A stretch of 64,000 nt of DNA from Marsupella aquatica. Its lineage: Eukaryota; Plantae; Marchantiophyta. The translations under genes and the position numbers were made by a program. Of this stretch, positions 28,243 to 41,906 are shown piece after piece (within the stretch, counting starts at the first letter, position 1; the number at the start of each line of letters is the position of its first letter). The notes below the pieces were generated by a model. The model did no database searches. It had not been told where the DNA came from and saw only the letters and a program-made list of their open reading frames with translations. The stretch lies in contig OZ316895.1 of assembly GCA_973895155.1 (NCBI GenBank), positions 5,149,181 through 5,213,180 on the forward strand. Direction: 5' to 3'.

Positions 28243-29971
28243 ATGTTTAGGAATCAGTATGATACGGATGTCACAACATGGAGTCCTGCGGGGCGACTGC
28301 ACCAGGTGGAGTATGCAATGGAGGCAGTGAAGCAGGGGAGCGCTGCGATAGGGTTGCGATCCAAGACGCATGTCGTGATGGCTACGGTGAACAAGGCGTC
28401 ATCAGAGCTGTTGTCGCATCAGAAGAAACTATTCAAGATCGACGACCACATCGGGATTGCCATGGCCGGGCTCACGGCTGACGGACGTGTGTTGTCTCGC
28501 TACATGAGGTCGGAGTGCATCAATCACAATTTCGTTTACGAATCACCCCTTGCAGTGGGTCGATTGGTGGTTCAAGTAGCCGATAAAGCACAGGTTCGTA
28601 TATTTTCGTCCTCTGCTTCCCTTATTACAGACTCCCGACCTTCCCCTTGGTTTTGGCTTCTTTTGATTTTGTCCCATTGTTGTAGGCAATGGCCTACTGG
28701 CAGTAGTGTGTGGTCCTCAGCTGTCCGGCAGTTCGGCGTCTATCCTTTGATTCAGCTTCTGTATTCGGAATTCGTTGGTCCTTCTGTTGCTGGAGAATTG
28801 TTTAGGTTTGATTTTTGGTAGCGAGCGTTAATTACTGTTGATTTAGTGAGACCTACCTAGCTTGGGGAACGCGTGTCTTGTCGCGAGTCCCTTCCCCTGT
28901 GTGTGCTTATTGCTTTTAAATTTAGGGTTAGCAAACATTTCAGACTCGTAGAAGGAACAGCGTCTAATGCGACACTGGGGAAAGCATGAAATCTGAGGCT
29001 CAGCAGGTTGCATTCTCAAAACCCGCGTACACGAGTTCCCTGGTTAATTTCTTGAGGACACGAGTTCTGACCGGCTGTGTATATGGGATAGAATGTGTGG
29101 GTCTGCTGAGGCTATGCATGGTGTATGTAGCCTTGACCTCCTGACACGCATTGCAGACAGGTGACTCGGCATTCATTGAAGGATCAGTTAGGTTGATGGC
29201 ACTCCCTTCATTTTATGTAGTTGAATTGCAATCTCTTTGGCAAGTTCCCATTCTTGCCACGTTTGTGATTGCGACTAAAATGACGTGCAATTCCAAAACG
29301 ATAAAGGGATCTATTTCTGTTTCCCTGGTTTTGCAAAGCTTGTTTTTGATAAATCGAGAGTTTCAAAAGTTGTTTCAGGTCATGTTTAAGTGTCTTGTAT
29401 GCTGGCTATGGAAGGGCATGTACCACAGAGGCTGCATAGTTGATATAATTTTTTTGTTCTGGATTTCCAGGTTTGCACCCAGAGGTCCTGGAAACGACCC
29501 TATGGTGTTGGATTATTGGTAGCGGGCATGGATGAAACCGGCCCTCACCTCTATCAAAACTGCCCTTCTGGAAATTATTTTGAATATCAAGCTTTTGCGA
29601 TTGGATCACGCTCACAAGCTGCAAAGACATATCTAGAGCGCAAGTTTGAAACTTTCTCGGATTGTACGAAGGATGAGTTAATCCGCCACTCACTGCTCGC
29701 AGTGAAAGAATCTCTACAAGAAGAGGAGTTAACTAGTGGAAACTGTGGGGTGGCTATAGTGGGAATTAACGACAAGTTCAAAATTTTAGATCCCAAGGAG
29801 TTGCAAGAATATATTAACAGCTTGGATGAAGGGACCAAGGAGGAAGTTACACCCGTGGAAGAGGATGCAGCACCACCTGCAGAAGCTCCAGCTGAGCTCT
29901 TGCGCAGGGAAGGATCTGGGGGAGTGGGAGTCCCTGCGGACGGAGATGGACCGTCTCCTATGGAAACTTGA
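28243..29971 (+). CDS. PAF: 20S proteasome subunit alpha type-1 (alpha6); exons 28243-28593, 29471-29971 (283 aa)
   Basis: [43 protein letters not shown]|[46 protein letters not shown], and an acidic C-tail ending PMET. Confidence 0.96.
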
Positions 29972-31861
29972 AAGGTGGCCCGAGGACTACTGTAGTTAAA
30001 CATACCAGAATGTAGGTTGACAACGTAGGGCTGATGGTTAGGCAGTTACAAGTTCACAAAGAATTGTGATTTTCCAGGGTTTAACAGCTAAATCTAAAAG
30101 TGACTAGCCTAGACTCCCAATTTGCATCATCCATTGTTGAGGTGACATGCGCATTTGTTAGTAGCCGTTTACTGGTAGGTGTTGGTCGCTGGTAGTCAGT
30201 CAGGATTTTTTCGGAACTGAATAATTTCTGAGAGCATTTCAGTGTCAATAGCTGATTATCCAATGACCAGTTTGGTCTCCAAATTTCATCATTATAACCA
30301 AGCTTGCAGTGGTTCTTCGTGTTCATGGGTAATAGTAGTTCCTCCTTCTTCTTACTCAAAAGATAATGGCACAGATGTTGCTTCTGCTCCAAAAGTCGTC
30401 TACAAATTGCATTTATAAGATGTACTCGTCCACAAATTGCATTTATAAGATGTACTGCCTTGACCAAGAGCGTCACCTCCACTGTCCTTCGTTAGAGGAG
30501 CAGAAGCGAAAGTAATGTAATTGTTGGGACCTCGTCTCCTCACTAGTGCTTCTGATAATATGTTTGTTTCCTCTTCGGACTCCTCGTCTCCAACTGCCCG
30601 CATTGTATGACTCTGAAGTGTTGGATCGTTCGGGTTAAGATCACTAGATGTCTTGTCACTATAACAACCCAATTAAACGACACCATTTTCTCCTCAAGAA
30701 CGCCATGAACTCCAAAGCGTGGATGACTTTGACCAAAGCTCCATGAAGCGTCTCAGAGGCACCAATCTAACATCTGATCACCTCTCCTTCGCAATTAATG
30801 GCTTTGATGGAACGTCTGCCTTAGCATCAATCCAAGATACAATCACCTCTTCCTTGTCCCAAGTAATGGTTTTGATGCATACGTCAGAACCTCCCAATAG
30901 GTCTGACTGGCCTGATTTCTTCATGGTTTTGAATGTTGATCCAATTTTAGTAGAATCCTACTATCATCAAATAGGGGACACTGTGGGGGGCTCTAGTGGT
31001 CCCCTCCATCAGGTTTCTCCCGTCAGGTTTCGCCCGTCTGTCGGCTTCATTAGAAATAATTTCTTGAGTCTTTCCCCTCCAACAGTTTGACAAATATGGG
31101 GCAAAATGTGGCTGAGATCTTGTAACGACCACCTGATGTGTCAATTCACGAGAGCCATCAAGGGACCACGTTTTTAGATCATTAATTGGAGGGCCCTAAG
31201 CATATCATCCTCAAGTGTGCAGTGCCTTCACATTGGTTCTAGAACCACCTGATAGAAACTCCAGCAGCTTCACCAACGTCACATAGATCAAGGCTTCAAT
31301 TTCTGAAGGTTGACGATATAATTGTACCATCTCTCGTACCATTACAGTTGCTGTTAATCCTAGGTGTCTGTGCTTACCACTTTGCCCACAATTTCGCTCT
31401 TCACGTGGGCTGATCAAAACTAATTTGCACTAATCTATTGCCATAAGCTACCCGTGATGTAATTCAACTAGTTGCCAATTATTCGACATGGCGGAAAATC
31501 TTCACAATGCCAAGCCTTCGTATGACTCGATCACAACGAGAGATCCAAGCTATATCTAGCGACGAGCAAGAAGCATCAACTGTAATACTGAGGAAACACG
31601 GCAACTTATCACAGATTTAATCACAAGCCTTTCATGGTCACTAACACTCTTTGAAAGTGCAATAGAGCACCAGCCCAGCAATAAGTGGAGCGAACCCACT
31701 GCTTCCGACGTGCTACATAATACGTTCTCTCACCGAGAAGGGTATGGACCAATTTTGGATTGAATGGTATGAATCATCGACGAATTTAACATAGATGTTC
31801 CTCGCAAGGTTTAATGAAAGAATAAGCATTCAAGCAAATTGCAGAAAGAACCAGGATTCAT

Positions 31862-34390
31862 CTAGACGACACTGAAAGAGTTGGCGGCTCCCTCGACGAA
31901 CTTCTTGGCACCCTTGAACCATCTCTTGTCTCCTGCCTGTGCCTTCATAATGTACAGCTTTCCACCGTCGATGGTGGCAACGATGAGCTGATGCTTGCCT
32001 CCCTCATCTCCATCGGCAGTGCGAGTAAGGACACTCAAAGCATAGTAGGTCTTTCCCTTCACTTCCTTAACTTCAGTATCTAAAACGGCGGCTGTGGAAA
32101 CCAAGTTGGCGGCGAATCCTCCCTGACGACCAAAGATCGGGAAATCACACAAAAAGAGATGCGTAACGTCAATATTTTCCCTCGACACAAGTCCAGGTAC
32201 CTCAGAAATTAATTTAACGTATCTCGGTGGGCAAATCAAGTAAATGCATTTCATCTCGCTGACCTTCCTTTATTTATGTATTCCATTCTACGGGAATCTA
32301 ATCTTTGTTGAGCAGAGCTAAGATTCGCCAGGATACTGGAATTAGAGAAACCATCGTTCACTGCACGAAACTAATTACCATAATTTCTCAGACTCTCGAG
32401 ACGGCCAATAAAGAGATCCATAGAGCTCCCCAGATTATGGGTCAAACCGCATAACAGCAAAAACACTATGAAACCTGATCGATCAAGATTTCCATAAAGA
32501 AAAAGAGCATTAGGATTACTAGAATCCTTCTCCGAAAGAGCAGACATTTTTGATGCTGCAGATTTTCACGTCTCTAAATTGCGTGCAGCACTGCTAATTG
32601 ACTTTTTGGTCAAAATTATTCATCTCAAAATCCAATTGCCTACCCTCAAAACTGTGAGACGCCTGGGATCTATCCGAAAAGATCGAAGACTCTGACGATC
32701 AACTCGGCATTAATGAAACTCTGCTCCAACAATCCGTACAAGCGGTTCGCTGATTTCATACGAAAATTGGGGACCCGGGATCGCTAGTGAAATATAACTT
32801 CAAGCTGCGGGTAAATTAAGCGAATGCACTTATTCAATCGACCGTCCAAGTCATAATTTGTAAGCAAAGTTGAGACTCCATACACTACCAGGAGGACAGA
32901 AGATGGCTCAAAGAGAGTCCCCATACCAAGCAGCATTGCTCACTAAAACGAAGAGATTACGAAAAGAAGGTAGGGATCACCTCAGATGTTGTCTTTCCGG
33001 TGTAGGATTGCCTCCCGAGCAGGTAAGATAACTGAAAAGACCAACACGAATCCCAATCTCAGAGTCTGCTTGTGAGCGAAAGTCCTCGGGAGTTCCATGT
33101 TCACATTTCCAAGTTGCTACTCTCACAGAGTTCCGTTGAATGAAGATTCCTAAACGAACAAATGCCTAACGAGTGGACCATCTGACAATGCTGGAAATAC
33201 AATCCTTGACAATGTTCAGGAAATTCGTCAAAGCGGAGACGCTAATAAGAGGAAAATCCGTCTGGCTACCACAGTCAGTTTCTAGAGGCAAGGCAGAGAC
33301 ACTTACGGCTTTAAGGAGCCCCTCCGGTGAACCGTAGTCTTTAATTGAGGACTTATCGGTCTTGAGAATGCTAACAGAGAGATTGTTCGTGACATCGCCA
33401 TTGTCCTCGTATCTCAGGACCTGCCCGGGGAACTCCACCTCCTTGCTGGGATTCCACTTCGCTGGAAGCTCAACTTGGAAGCCCTCCCCGACGTAGGGTA
33501 CGAAGCCGGTCTGAGCCTTAGGCGCAGCGAAGATATTGGCTGCGAAAAGTCCACAATTTTCATCAGAAAGGATCTCCAAAGCCGAATATATTCAATGCAC
33601 AAGTTCCAAATCAGAGACCAAAACAAATCTCAACGCTACATTCTCATAGAATTGATGCTCATCTGGCAATGATTTCGAAACCAAAAGACAAATCTCAGTA
33701 AAGTACACAGCACATAAACGTTCCAATCAAAGCACGCAAAGAACGAACTCAGACGTGAACGACAACGCTTAAAATCTCTGCGACATCAATGGCGGGCCGC
33801 ACCAAATCACGACGGGAAACAAGCTCTCAATTCACTAGGAACATGCTCTCAGCACATAGCAGATAACATAGGAAAATGCTCTCAACACATAGCAGAGCAG
33901 ATAACATAAGAAAACGCTCTCAACACATAGCAGATAGCATAACAACAACACTGTACTATACTGTGCGCCACAGTCCAATAAAGAATGCATTCGTCACCAC
34001 CAACGAGGGCGCGTCATCATCATAATCACAGCGGATATCGAGCTCGCAAACTTAAATCACAAGCAGAAACTCGCCATTCTCCATTTCCTTACCGGATTCG
34101 CCATAGGCGGCTTCCGCGGGATTCGCGCGGATGGTCACGGCCGCAGCACCGGCGAAGAGGGCGATGGCCAATCTTCGGGAGACATTCGACGAAACCTCGG
34201 ACTCAAGAGCGTTCCGCCCCTCGCTGCTGCATCGCACAACACCCACCGACCTTGCCGAAACGGCCGATCTCACCTGAAGCGACACCACGGGGGCGCCATT
34301 GACAGCTCCGCGCGATGAGCAGAGCTCCGCGAGGCCGCTGCAGCTCGCAGCAACGCGAACCGTCGACGAAACACTACCAGCGACGGCCAT
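31862..34390 (-). CDS. PSBP: Oxygen-evolving enhancer protein 2 (PsbP, 23 kDa); exons 34390-34093, 33539-33307, 33031-32981, 32122-31862
   Basis: Tat signal SRRLAIAL...AEA|[31 protein letters not shown] and [17 protein letters not shown]...[18 protein letters not shown]. Confidence 0.96.
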
Positions 34391-34685
34391 TGCTGTGCTC
34401 GAGAAGCTCAATCTGTCAATCACAATCCTCGAATGCGGAACCAGCGAATAAAATAACACTGTAATGCTCGAGAGTCGAGAGAGCTCGAGTCGAGCTTTGT
34501 TCGAGGGATTATGTTTGGTGGGTCGTTCGTTCTCTCGATACCTTCGTAAAACCTCTCAGTGTCCACTTCTGTAGCGATGTGATTCGACCGAACTGGTCTG
34601 GATGAGCTCTGATTGGTCCCACAGCGAGAGAGCGAGAGAGTGTCTCTAGGTGCTTTTTGCTCGCGGACAAGAGGTGGGGCTCCCT

Positions 34686-34989
34686 GGCTTTGGTCAGTTG
34701 GCCAGAGGATGAGCCTAGAACCCAGAGGTCCCAGGTTCAATCCTCCCTCCACGCATAAGGGGTGTGGAGTATAAGGGGTGTGGAGTAAAGGGGTGTGTGG
34801 GTGGGGTGTAGTGGTGGGAGTATTGATTATCTCCTCAGCCCTAGTTGTCCACTTTGGGTTCTGGTTTAATCCTCTCTCCCTCCTGGTCTGGTCCCTGTCG
34901 GATCCCTGGGTATTGTCCCCTTGTGGCTGCCCTACATAGAAATGCTTTCGGTTTTCAAGACAAAAAAAAACCCCCCAAAAAAAAGAAAA
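34686..34989 (+). mobile_element. tRNA-derived SINE (~304 bp) with A-rich tail and 14-bp TSD
   Basis: A-box tggtcagttgg, B-box ggttcaatcc and A-rich tail. It is flanked by identical aggtggggctccct at 34672-34685 and 34990-35003. Confidence 0.85.
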
Positions 34990-37900
34990 AGGTGGGGCTC
35001 CCTTCCTATTGGGTGGGTGAAGCTATGTATATAGTTGATTAAGGACGCCTGATGTTAACCAGGCACCAAAGAGGTCACAAAAGCGCACTCTCTTTAGTAT
35101 TGTACACTATATTCAGCATAGTATGCGCAGAAAAAATAAGTTGAAGGCAATTTTGGGCCCCCACCACAAAGCAATGAGGTATTTGGTTGATAGTATATGG
35201 TCAATCCGCTTCAGCCAATGAGGTATTTTTTTGATAGTATATGGTCAATCCGCTTCAGCGGGGAGACCTTATATGGGAGACAAAATACTGACATAAAGAA
35301 ACAAGTAGGTGCCCTTAGCTGCACGTCGTGGGTGTATATGGTCGACCCGCATATGCCGGGTGTTTTTTAATGACATATTTGGTAGATAATATATGGTCAA
35401 CCCATGTATGCCAGAGACATATTTGGTCGATAATATATGGTCAACCCATGTATGCCAGAAGACCCTATATGGGAGGCAAAATAAACAAACAGATGCTCTT
35501 AGCTGCAAGTTAAGGGTGTTTTTGTGATTAAACAGCCACTTCTTTGTCCCCCCTAGCATTTGAGGGCAGTAGCCTTGTAATCATCACCAGCTGTCACATT
35601 TTGCTCCTGAGCAGTCATGCTGTAATGTAGACCATATACAGATTGTATAAAACTATGGTAATATTTAATGAGATATAATCAAGTCAAAGAGAATTGTGGT
35701 GGCAGCAACCTAAAGCCCCAAAACCTGAAAAACCACACAGGTGACCTTAACGATAGGTGAGAATTAGACTCTTTTTTGTTGGTCTTGAATGAAATGAGTA
35801 GACTCTTCCCACCCAAACAGTGACATACATTCTCCCCACCCCAATAGTTATCAGTGCCTTTTTTAGACAGCGGGTGTCTATGGCGCTTCAGCGAGCACAT
35901 GCCTTCACTATTCTTCGTAGGGGAGAGGCGGTTGGATTCTGAGCATCTAGTCAGATTCCCTTGCTTGACCCTCCTATGCAATTTCCCACCTGAGCTTTAC
36001 CAGGCTCTTCAGTTTGCAGATAGGTAGAGTTTTGGTTTGTGTGTCTTTTGCTTTCCTTGCGCTGGGCTAGTGCCTGGTCTGTTAGTATTTTTGGCTTTTT
36101 CTTGTTCTCCTTTGACTGGGTTTTTTGGCCTGTCTCTCGGTTCAGTGTCTCCTGCTTTTTGGCAGTTTGATATATAATAGTGACACACATTCTTTGTAGG
36201 GGAGTAGACTCTCCCGGCCCAAAGTGGCATACATTCTTTGTAGGAAACTCATTTGGGTGAGCCCCCTAGGATGGGCAGACCTGCACCAGGAGGAGGGATA
36301 GGTTGGGTAGGTGAGTTCTTTATCTGCATATCACATTATTTTATTTATGGGATTTTCTAGTGTACATGAAAGGACGTAACTTTTATGTACAGATTGCAGG
36401 TAACCATTTTTGGAGGCACATAGTGTTCCCATAATCTCTTGCCCATAAATAACCTTTTTTGGACAATAATTACTTACTATAGTGGAGGTTTGGGCTAGGG
36501 TTTTAGTCTGAACCTTACTCCGAGAAAGCTCAGAAAAGTTTCCCAGCGACCATCGAGTAAAATTTCTTTCACTATCTGGTCACCTGATTACAAGTGTTGC
36601 TCGCGGACAAGAGGTGGGGTCCCTCTCACCTATCATAATTTTCCTTGGGATTTAATTGGATAACAATGTGAATTTTCAATATCCAATAGTCAGCACTGAG
36701 GGCGAGGGCAAGGGTGCGGAGGGTTGCAGAGGGACTGGTGAGCCATACTAGGGGGATTGTTTTTGGCCAATCAATTAGTTCAGAAAAAACAGGATTTCAA
36801 TGGACGGCCATGATTGTTACCCACCCAATTCCCACCCATATGCTTGGGGGTTTCACTTCCACAAAAATGGCACATCATGTGCGGCAAAGGATAAAATAGT
36901 TTTATTTTCCTAAGAGAAGAATTAAGAATTTTTGGAGAAAAACAATAGGGTCTTTTTAAATTCAAATTTGAGACATATAAGAACATTAGGGTCTTTTTAA
37001 TCAAAATTTGAGAATATTCCATTTTATAGAGGTTTAAAAATAATATTTTTTATTCAGTACATTTTAGGGGGTCCGAGGCCTAAAACGTCGCAAGTGATGG
37101 GCAAGTCTTCATATAGTGAGACCCCTGAGCCCATATGACAGTTTGTAAACAGAGGATGGAGGAGAATGGGCAATTTTGCAATTACATTGTGCAGATGGAG
37201 AGTGTCTCTTTGGTTTATTTTACTTGCAAGTACAAGGTGAGCTCCCCTTCATAGGAGGTGGGTGAGCTATGATTGGTGAGAGTTGGATTATCTCTTTGTC
37301 ACAATATTTTATCTAGGGAGCATAATAACCATGCTACCCTGACAAGTTCACAAGCTCCTTTACAACAATTCTTCTTCTCTCTCTCTTAGTCTATAAATCC
37401 TAAAACAGATATCTAAATATGAGCTTTCACAAAGATATATCCCCTCTCCACCATTGTAACCTCAATGCCCTTAACCATGGCTAATTTGTGCTCCAGTTAA
37501 CCTAACCAAGCATTAGAGTTAAGTACTATTAAATTCTCTAGCCTCTTAACTATAGTCTTGAGTTAACTACGAAGTGAGTTTATTCCTACTCTCCATTAAT
37601 ATGTATGTTCACAAGAGATGCTAGAAAGGAAACTCCTTTTGTTAACTAGAAGCAAGTTTGGATCTCTGAGAATTGGAGTCAAGCTAGTGTGCCATGGTCT
37701 CTACTTCACAGACCATCAAGGTGTGAGAATGGTTTCCTCCCTGTGAGATTGGGTAGACAAGTCATGTCCATGGGTGTGAAAGTGACGCCAAAAACGCCCT
37801 TTGTAGACTATTTTCACTTAACAAAGTACGCAGGCTTGTACTGATTGCATGACAAATGTGCTTGACAAGCTTTAAAAGATTTCTCATGCCTCAACTGGTT

Positions 37901-38291
37901 CTGCAGCTAAGCTGCTTGAGATGAGCAAGATCTTCAGGCAGGCCAAATGAATCAGCCATGATCGGTTCGATCACTTGATTTCCAGGTACTTCAAGACTTT
38001 CCATGCTTGCACATTGTACAGTCCAAAATGGAAACAGAAAACTTATAATTTGCTATGCTTCAATCCTTCATTATATGAGTTCTAGACACACTTGAGGTTG
38101 CCAAAATCATGATCAACATGAAAATTCTGCTTTGGCTTTTTCAAACCACACCTGCTCATATAAAAGGGCCCCATCCTTTGCCTGGCTACTTCTCGCCCAT
38201 GTCCCGTGGTGAGCAGTGTATTTCCTGTAAAAAGTGGAGCCCAAGTCCCTGTTTGCACAAGTCCAATCCTAGCAAAAGTGATTGTATAATG

Positions 38292-38896
38292 TGTCGTGCG
38301 CATACACATCGCTACACAACATACATCGCTTATCACACATATCCAAGCATAGTCACAATCTAACGACACAAACCTAAGAGAATGAGCTACAAATGGAACC
38401 CATGTCCATACATGCCCAAAACCCACAATAATCTTCTTCAATAGTGCAAATCGAACAACGATCGGTGCTAATCCAACAACAATCCCATCCGATGCGATCA
38501 CACATGTATGTCAAGCCCAACGCACCTTGTGCTTCAAGGAATCCACGTTACATGCACACAACCTGGTCAGCCACACCATAGCCACCAAGCTCATGCTCAA
38601 AGGCTCAACATTGAAAGATGAGGCCTTTGAGCCAACACAAGGGGATAACTATCCCTCACACCAACTCAAACTAAACATAGTGCTCATGTAGCACACATAC
38701 AAAACCTCTATACCTAGATAGTACGATATACTTTACTACCACTCTAAATGGTGTGACAGCTGTCGTGCACATACACATCGCTACACAACATACATCGCTT
38801 GTCACACATATCCAAGCATAGTCACAATCTAACGACACAAACCTAAGAGAATGATCTACAAATGGAACCCATGTCCATACATGCCCAAAACCCACA
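38292..38896 (-). repeat. Two 136-bp TG..CA direct repeats (38292-38427, 38761-38896); probable 3' LTR region of the decayed gypsy element
   Basis: Near-identical copies tgtcgtgc...cccaca. On the minus strand a purine tract (aggggggcga) lies immediately before the TG at 38896. Confidence 0.65.
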
Positions 38897-39071
38897 ATCG
38901 CCCCCCTAGCTGGAAGTGAGGTCCCCTAACTCTAGCTAGCCATGAGTTCTAGAAGGTTGATATACACCTTTTTAGGTGTGAAGATCAGGAGGCCGGGTGC
39001 AAGTGAGCCCCATCGATCACCTACCTGCAATCTATATCTTCCATGAGAACACGAATGATAACTAGTCGGCA

Positions 39072-41150
39072 TCACCGACATTGAGGACACAACCATGATC
39101 CACTAGGAATCATGTGCAAGGGTGGTGTCAAACACGACATGTGCCATCCTCTAGAACACCGATCACAATCAACATAGTAGCTGCTCCCTGAGTAGACCCA
39201 CACAACATACACTTCAAGCCAGCACGAACATGTGCCAAGCTTGGATCCATAGTACCATCAATGTTTGGAAGATGACATGGCGCACAATTACGCACATGAT
39301 CCTTCCAAACCATACCATCATGTCCTTCCAATATAAGGACTCCAGAAGGCAACACTTCACGCACACGTAAGATTGTCCGCCCTACATCAAGCATTGTTGG
39401 TGCTGTCTACTGCAAATAAACATAATCGCCAGGATGAAATCTTCTAATCCTCGTGCGATAACCTCCTCCACGAATAGTAGCATACCGCAAAGTATCACGA
39501 TGTTGGGCAATAGCAAGGTTGTCAAAGGCCATGGGCATGACTCTCTCAAAAACTTGTGCCCTCTCTGAACAAACCTTGACCCAAACATCTGGATCATCCA
39601 AATCCACAACAGTTGCAACATCACGATGAATAGCCGTTGGCAAATCTGGTTCTCTACCATAGAGCAAGAAATAAGGTGAAAAGGATGCAAGTGATGCTTG
39701 TCGACTGAAACGGTAGCCCATAGCTAGCCAAGGTAGTTGGAGATCCCAGTCTCCCAAATGACCAACCTGCAAGCCATACTTACGCAATCCTCTCTTCACA
39801 GTTTGTACAACTCTCTCTGCCAATCCATCTGCCTCAGGATGATCACGAGAAGTAGTACGATGATCAATCAGAGCTTGCCTACACAAATCCTCAAAATCTC
39901 CACGAAATTCCGTGCCCTGATCAGTCAACACCTCAGCTGGTGCTCCAAAGTGACTGAGTACTCAATCCAAAAATGTGGTAGCCACTCCTCCACTAGCTTT
40001 ATCTGGCAATGCCACTAGTTCAATCCACTTGGAGAAGTGCTCCACCATAACCAAAACATACCGATTGTGACGTTGGGTAAGAGGCAATGGACCAGCAAAG
40101 TCCAAACTCCATCGATATCCCAAACCCATGATCGGTACGGATGCAACTGGGGAGTGGGAGCATTGAACGATGCTCGCACTCGATCACAAACCACACACTT
40201 AGCTATCAATTGCTGGACATCAGTGTGCATACCACGCCACCAATACTGTGTCTGCAGCAAGCTATAAGTGCGCTTTACACCAAAGTGCCCTAACTCTTCG
40301 TGCGCATGTCGCACCAAATGTACTCGTTGTGACGGTTTTGGTACAACCAACACCTTCCCATCACGTAGTACCCTCAAAAGATGGTTTCCTTCCCATCGAA
40401 ATCTCTTGGCTCATTGTAGAACCCTATCACGCTCCTTAGCATCAACATTGCCACCAATGCAGCCAACACGCAAATATTCCGACACTCTCACATCGTTGTG
40501 AATATCTTGCTGTCCAAAAACTACATCACCAACATCCATATCGGAAGACTCATCATCTACTCTATCCAATGAAGTAGAGTCTACATATCCACTACATACT
40601 GGCACCCAACAAAGGAAAGCAGACGCATGCCATCCTGGCACCATCTCCTTATCCGTCTCATCATGCCATCGGGCTCCAGTCTCATCCTCTTGACTGGTAC
40701 ATGGATTGCGGCTCAACCCATCTACATCCAAATTCACTTTTCTAGGTCTATGCACAACCTGAAAATCATACTCTTGCAACAACAATGCCCATCGTGCAAG
40801 CTTCCCTCTAAGCTTGTCAGACTCCATTAACCACTTGAGAGGTTGATGATCAGTGATCAAGGTGAACAAATTACCAAACAAATAGCAACGGAAATGTGCC
40901 ACAGCCCACACTGCTGCCAAACACTCTCCCTCATAAGAGCTATACTTAGCCTCTACTGAATTGTTGGATCTACTGGCATACGCCACAACAAACTCATTCC
41001 CCTCATCATCCTTCCGAGTCAACACTGCTCCAAGTCCTACTCCACTCCAATCAGTGTGAAGCTGAAATGGTCGCCCTGAAATGGGTCTTCTCAAAATAGG
41101 TGTTGACGCCAGTCTTTCCTTCAACTCTTGGAAAGCATGCTCCTGGTGGG
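39072..41150 (-). pseudogene. Decayed Ty3/gypsy pol fragment: RNase H, integrase and C-terminal PHD finger
   Basis: FQLHTDWSGVGLGAVL, SSYEGECLAAVWAV, TDHQPLKWL (RNase H); HEELGHFG..CVVCDR (HHCC); LTDQGTEF, HPEADGLAERVVQTVK (integrase core). Frameshifts and stops are present. Confidence 0.9.
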
Positions 41151-41163
41151 GGATCTCTCCGTG

Positions 41164-41205
41164 ACAGCAAACAGCAAACAGTAAACAGCAAACAGCAAAC
41201 AGCAA
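41164..41205 (+). repeat. (ACAGCAA)6 subterminal heptamer repeat
   Basis: Six tandem copies (one is acagtaa) within ~15 bp of the inferred element end. Confidence 0.9.
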
Positions 41206-41906
41206 AACTCATACCAGCAAATGTGCACCCAAAAAAGACACCAAAGGGTATGAAAATATTGTCACATATATTGGACGTGAAGCGGCCATTGAGTACATTT
41301 ATACTAGCGCCGAGCGCTATAAGGAAAACAACCAAATAAAAACCTCTTTGAACTACCGGCTACAGTAATAGCGTCGGGCGCTACTCCAATCCGACACATC
41401 ACAACGTTCTTATTGAGTGTCGTCGTTCTCCATAAACGGGTAAATAAAACAAGGAAAACTAAAGACCAGATCCACAACCACCACTCGACTCTGAGCCCGA
41501 TTCAGAACCGCTACTTTATGATCTATCAGTGGACTCTGCTTCGTCGTCCACATACTTGGATTTTGCAATATCATCTACGAAGTGATTCTGCACAAACTTT
41601 CTATCTGAGCCTCTCCTGAGTCTAAGACCCTTACTCTCCCAAGTAAGCGTCCTGACTGAATCTGCCCGTCGTGCCGCCTTTTCAGCATAAGAGGGGAGAA
41701 CAAATGGCTTCTCCGGGGTCTGTACAACGTTCCTAGAGACATTCCTTCGAAGTTGAAAACGCCTCCGAAGATTCCACTTTGACCTGAGAATTTGAACTGG
41801 AGTTCTTTAGTCGAAGTCGGGAAATCGGGCGAATTTTCTAGACAAAAGGGAGTAGAGGAGTTTTTTGGAAAAAAGTATACAATGAGAGAAAGAAAGCTAA
41901 AGAAAA

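Noticed and set aside
30300-31200. Coding-like stretch between PAF and PsbP
   Set aside because: Multiple stops and no identifiable family, so a call cannot be supported.
34686-34755. tRNA gene
   Set aside because: A/B boxes are present but there is no proper acceptor stem; the head continues into a SINE body with A-tail and TSD.
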